Part shown: positions 32,301 to 33,480 of the stretch, piece by piece
Numbering within the stretch: position 1 is the stretch's first letter
How the letters are laid out: the number at the start of each line of letters is the position of its first letter
Program-made: the position numbers and the translations under genes
DNA from: Armatimonadota bacterium
GTDB taxonomy: Bacteria > Armatimonadota > UBA10988
Assembly (NCBI GenBank): GCA_016235455.1
Contig: JACRKZ010000081.1
Location: forward strand, 1 to 33,480
Direction of reading: 5' to 3'
Length of the DNA stretch: 33,480 nucleotides
The notes under the pieces: model-generated
Told to the model about the DNA's origin: nothing
Seen by the model: only the letters and a program-made list of their open reading frames with translations
Database searches by the model: none

Positions 32301-33480
32301 CCGACGGTGATCTGGTCGTCGGCACCTTCCCCGACGGTAAGGTCTACCGGCTGCACGGTACCACGGTGCAGTCGGTCTATCAGGTCAAGGAGGGTTCCGT
32401 GAGCGCCCTGGCACTGAACGCCAAGGGCCATCTCTACGTGGGCGCCAGCAACGGCGCGGTCTTCCGCATTCTGCCCGACGGCAGCAGCCGCCAGCTCATG
32501 GATGGCAGCGACAGCGCCGTCTACGGCATGGTCACCGTGGGTGACCACGTCTACGCGGCCACGGCGGAGCCCGCGCAGGTGCTCCAGTTCGACGGTGACG
32601 ACACGCTGGCCCAGGTCTATGAGAACGACGAGCCCTACCTGCTGGGAGCGTCGGCCGATGGCAAGGGCGGCATCTGTCTGGCGACGGCGTCGCTGGGCGA
32701 GGTGCTGCGCATCAATGTCGACGGCGGCGAGACCGGCAAGTACACGAGCGAGGTGCTGGACTGCGGCATGACGGCCAAGTGGGGCCAGGCGCGATGGCGG
32801 CAGTTGGTGACCGGTCACTCCGTCATCGGCGTTGAGACGCGCTCGGGCAATACGGCCGATCCGGATGCGGCGTGGAGTGCCTGGTCGCCCATGCTGTCCC
32901 GGCCGGACGGCTCGGCGATCACGTCGCCCAGCGGACGCTACCTGCAGTTCCGCGCCCGATTCCTGGGCAAGCCGGGTGACACGGTCCGGCTCGACCGCAT
33001 CGACCTGTCCTACCGCACCATCAAAAGGGCAGTGATCCCGACGAGGACGAGCCCGACTACGAGGTCTTCTACGCCAAGGCCGGATCGGCCGAGTGGACGA
33101 AGATCGACGCCGAGGCCAGCGCAGGCGACTCCTCGGATAGCAAAGACACCAAGGGCAGCAAGGTCAAGCCCGACAAGCCGAGCAAGAGCGACAGCTCAAC
33201 CAAGGACAAGCCGAGCACGTCACCCAAGCACTCGACGGACAAGCCCAGTTCGAGCAATGCCGTTGGTGCCGTGGCCCCATCGGCGCGGCCCGCGTCCAGT
33301 CAGCCGCGCCCGCTGCAGATGGAGGCACCTCCTCCGTCGACACGCAGTGCGCGCAGTGGTCGGCCCAGCTTCCTGGACAAGGCGCGCAAGCACGAGGCCA
33401 ATGCCGAGAAGCCGACCGTCGACGAGGACCTGTCCGAAGAGGAGCTCGAATGGGACACCAGTAAGCTGCCGGACGGCTTG
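29381..33480 (+). CDS. large secreted SpoIVB/peptidase S55 protein fused to beta-propeller and Ig/FN3-like domains; frame break near 33024; partial at window end
   Basis: Hand translation from ATG 29381 (GAGGAG RBS): MKLKARGLWLAVVVAAACMAPAKAVPILPLDQVKEGMKGYGLTVFQG...AGMSGSPIYVNDKLVGAYAY...AFGHPF. Propeller repeats from about 31780, then ETRSGNTADPD and RYLQFRA; after the break KGSDPD...WDTSKLPDG. Absent from the ORF track because there is no in-window stop. Confidence 0.88.
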   Translation, partial: MKLKARGLWLAVVVAAACMAPAKAVPILPLDQVKEGMKGYGLTVFQGSRIERFDITVLGVLRAFDFQMDMILIRVDSGPVVTQKLGSVAGMSGSPIYVNDKLVGAYAYGFPFQNAPLAGVTPIEQMLEQFDPKHPQAKAAAARRNALAGPPAAAGTRAEGALQPVGGSVVLEGRRFSEVRVAANRSDADTMRRIRPDVGVMVPVSTPVLVSGVGGAAFRHLQRMLEPFNLTPMQAGAAQVPANPKVDFSPGAAVGVALVTGDIEMTAVGTLTYRDQDTVMAFGHPFFGLGAVELPMTTCWITTIVPSYEGSFKMGGAIAPVGSITQDRPTCVGGSVGKVPEMIPVEYRMHDIVREADRTFRFRAARQGRITPMLAAQLLEGAMGSVIGGSFEGVINSKVEVTCRNGKAGDPLSIVRQNCFDTKLSSAGLGMPLEDLFMTLSLLRVNPWGDAPVQSIKVGMDFEADRKLASIERMRASKQVVKRGETIEVTAYLKEYGGKAKPTTVSLTIPDNAPLGPTLTILAGGGVAAAVRELVNPEPYPRDVPSMVRYLNSSVRNDCIVVEMVQPTNGLEFSGRVMHDMPNPVSAALETADMESLSQRMDVVEQIIPTDGVVTGANAVLLEVVGDDGRRADRGTVDVDQIDSPRHGSFGSPGMGGMMMAAGRELDVMFGKAVPTDEVRWLATPSGDPYHVRESLSQAVKAAWSGYRPARASWPLAARPVPRAVGDSKVQPADDTEAGAADGDKPDVTGDLGLGKPPKMPGYKELADIKSGDLGADTPSDGSGGEGSDEDGEPVARPVSSWTVTTAEEFGAGQFDHTYTDSGGSVRLAPSVATLGRPDVERAWAVLPRPDGSVVVGSWGEKAKVVKLVVGAKPEVLADLDEAGVGALGALADGTLIAGTVPSGKLYRLGAEGKSTVFCELPEPYVWSLLPDGKGGLYAATGNHGRVYQIDAQGKATPVMQVGDRHIMAMVQAPDGDLVVGTFPDGKVYRLHGTTVQSVYQVKEGSVSALALNAKGHLYVGASNGAVFRILPDGSSRQLMDGSDSAVYGMVTVGDHVYAATAEPAQVLQFDGDDTLAQVYENDEPYLLGASADGKGGICLATASLGEVLRINVDGGETGKYTSEVLDCGMTAKWGQARWRQLVTGHSVIGVETRSGNTADPDAAWSAWSPMLSRPDGSAITSPSGRYLQFRARFLGKPGDTVRLDRIDLSYRTIKRAVIPTRTSPTTRSSTPRPDRPSGRRSTPRPAQATPRIAKTPRAARSSPTSRARATAQPRTSRARHPSTRRTSPVRAMPLVPWPHRRGPRPVSRARCRWRHLLRRHAVRAVVGPASWTRRASTRPMPRSRPSTRTCPKRSSNGTPVSCRTA

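Noticed and set aside
29333-32818. 1161-aa minus-strand ORF, the largest listed in this region
   Set aside because: Antisense shadow of the real plus-strand S55 fusion gene starting at 29381.

Overview
High-GC bacterial chromosomal window made mostly of housekeeping genes. A triosephosphate isomerase insertion and a fused S55-peptidase/beta-propeller protein suggest Armatimonadota or a related lineage (inference). In order: mutL (+); a detached nuoJKLMN block (-) with its own promoter and a frame-broken nuoL; tpiA; a suf operon (Cys-tailed MarR regulator, sufT/DUF59, sufC, sufB, sufD, Rieske ferredoxin; no sufS/sufU/sufE); a Gfo/Idh/MocA plus TIM-barrel isomerase pair; a small membrane protein; a GH5-like hydrolase; a secreted hypothetical protein; a decayed copy of the uvrA promoter and 5' end; a secreted beta-helix glycosidase; a ~2080-aa tandem double UvrA behind a DinR/LexA-type box; three tandem secreted DUF6263-like paralogs; and a >1300-codon SpoIVB/S55 peptidase-propeller gene that is missing from the ORF track, changes frame near 33024 and runs off the end. 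Best candidates for novelty are the MarR-type putative Fe-S sensor heading the suf operon with its operator palindrome, the glycosidase sitting between duplicated uvrA 5' ends, and the double UvrA translationally coupled to an envelope-protein cluster. No rRNA, tRNA, CRISPR array, integrase or transposase was recognised.
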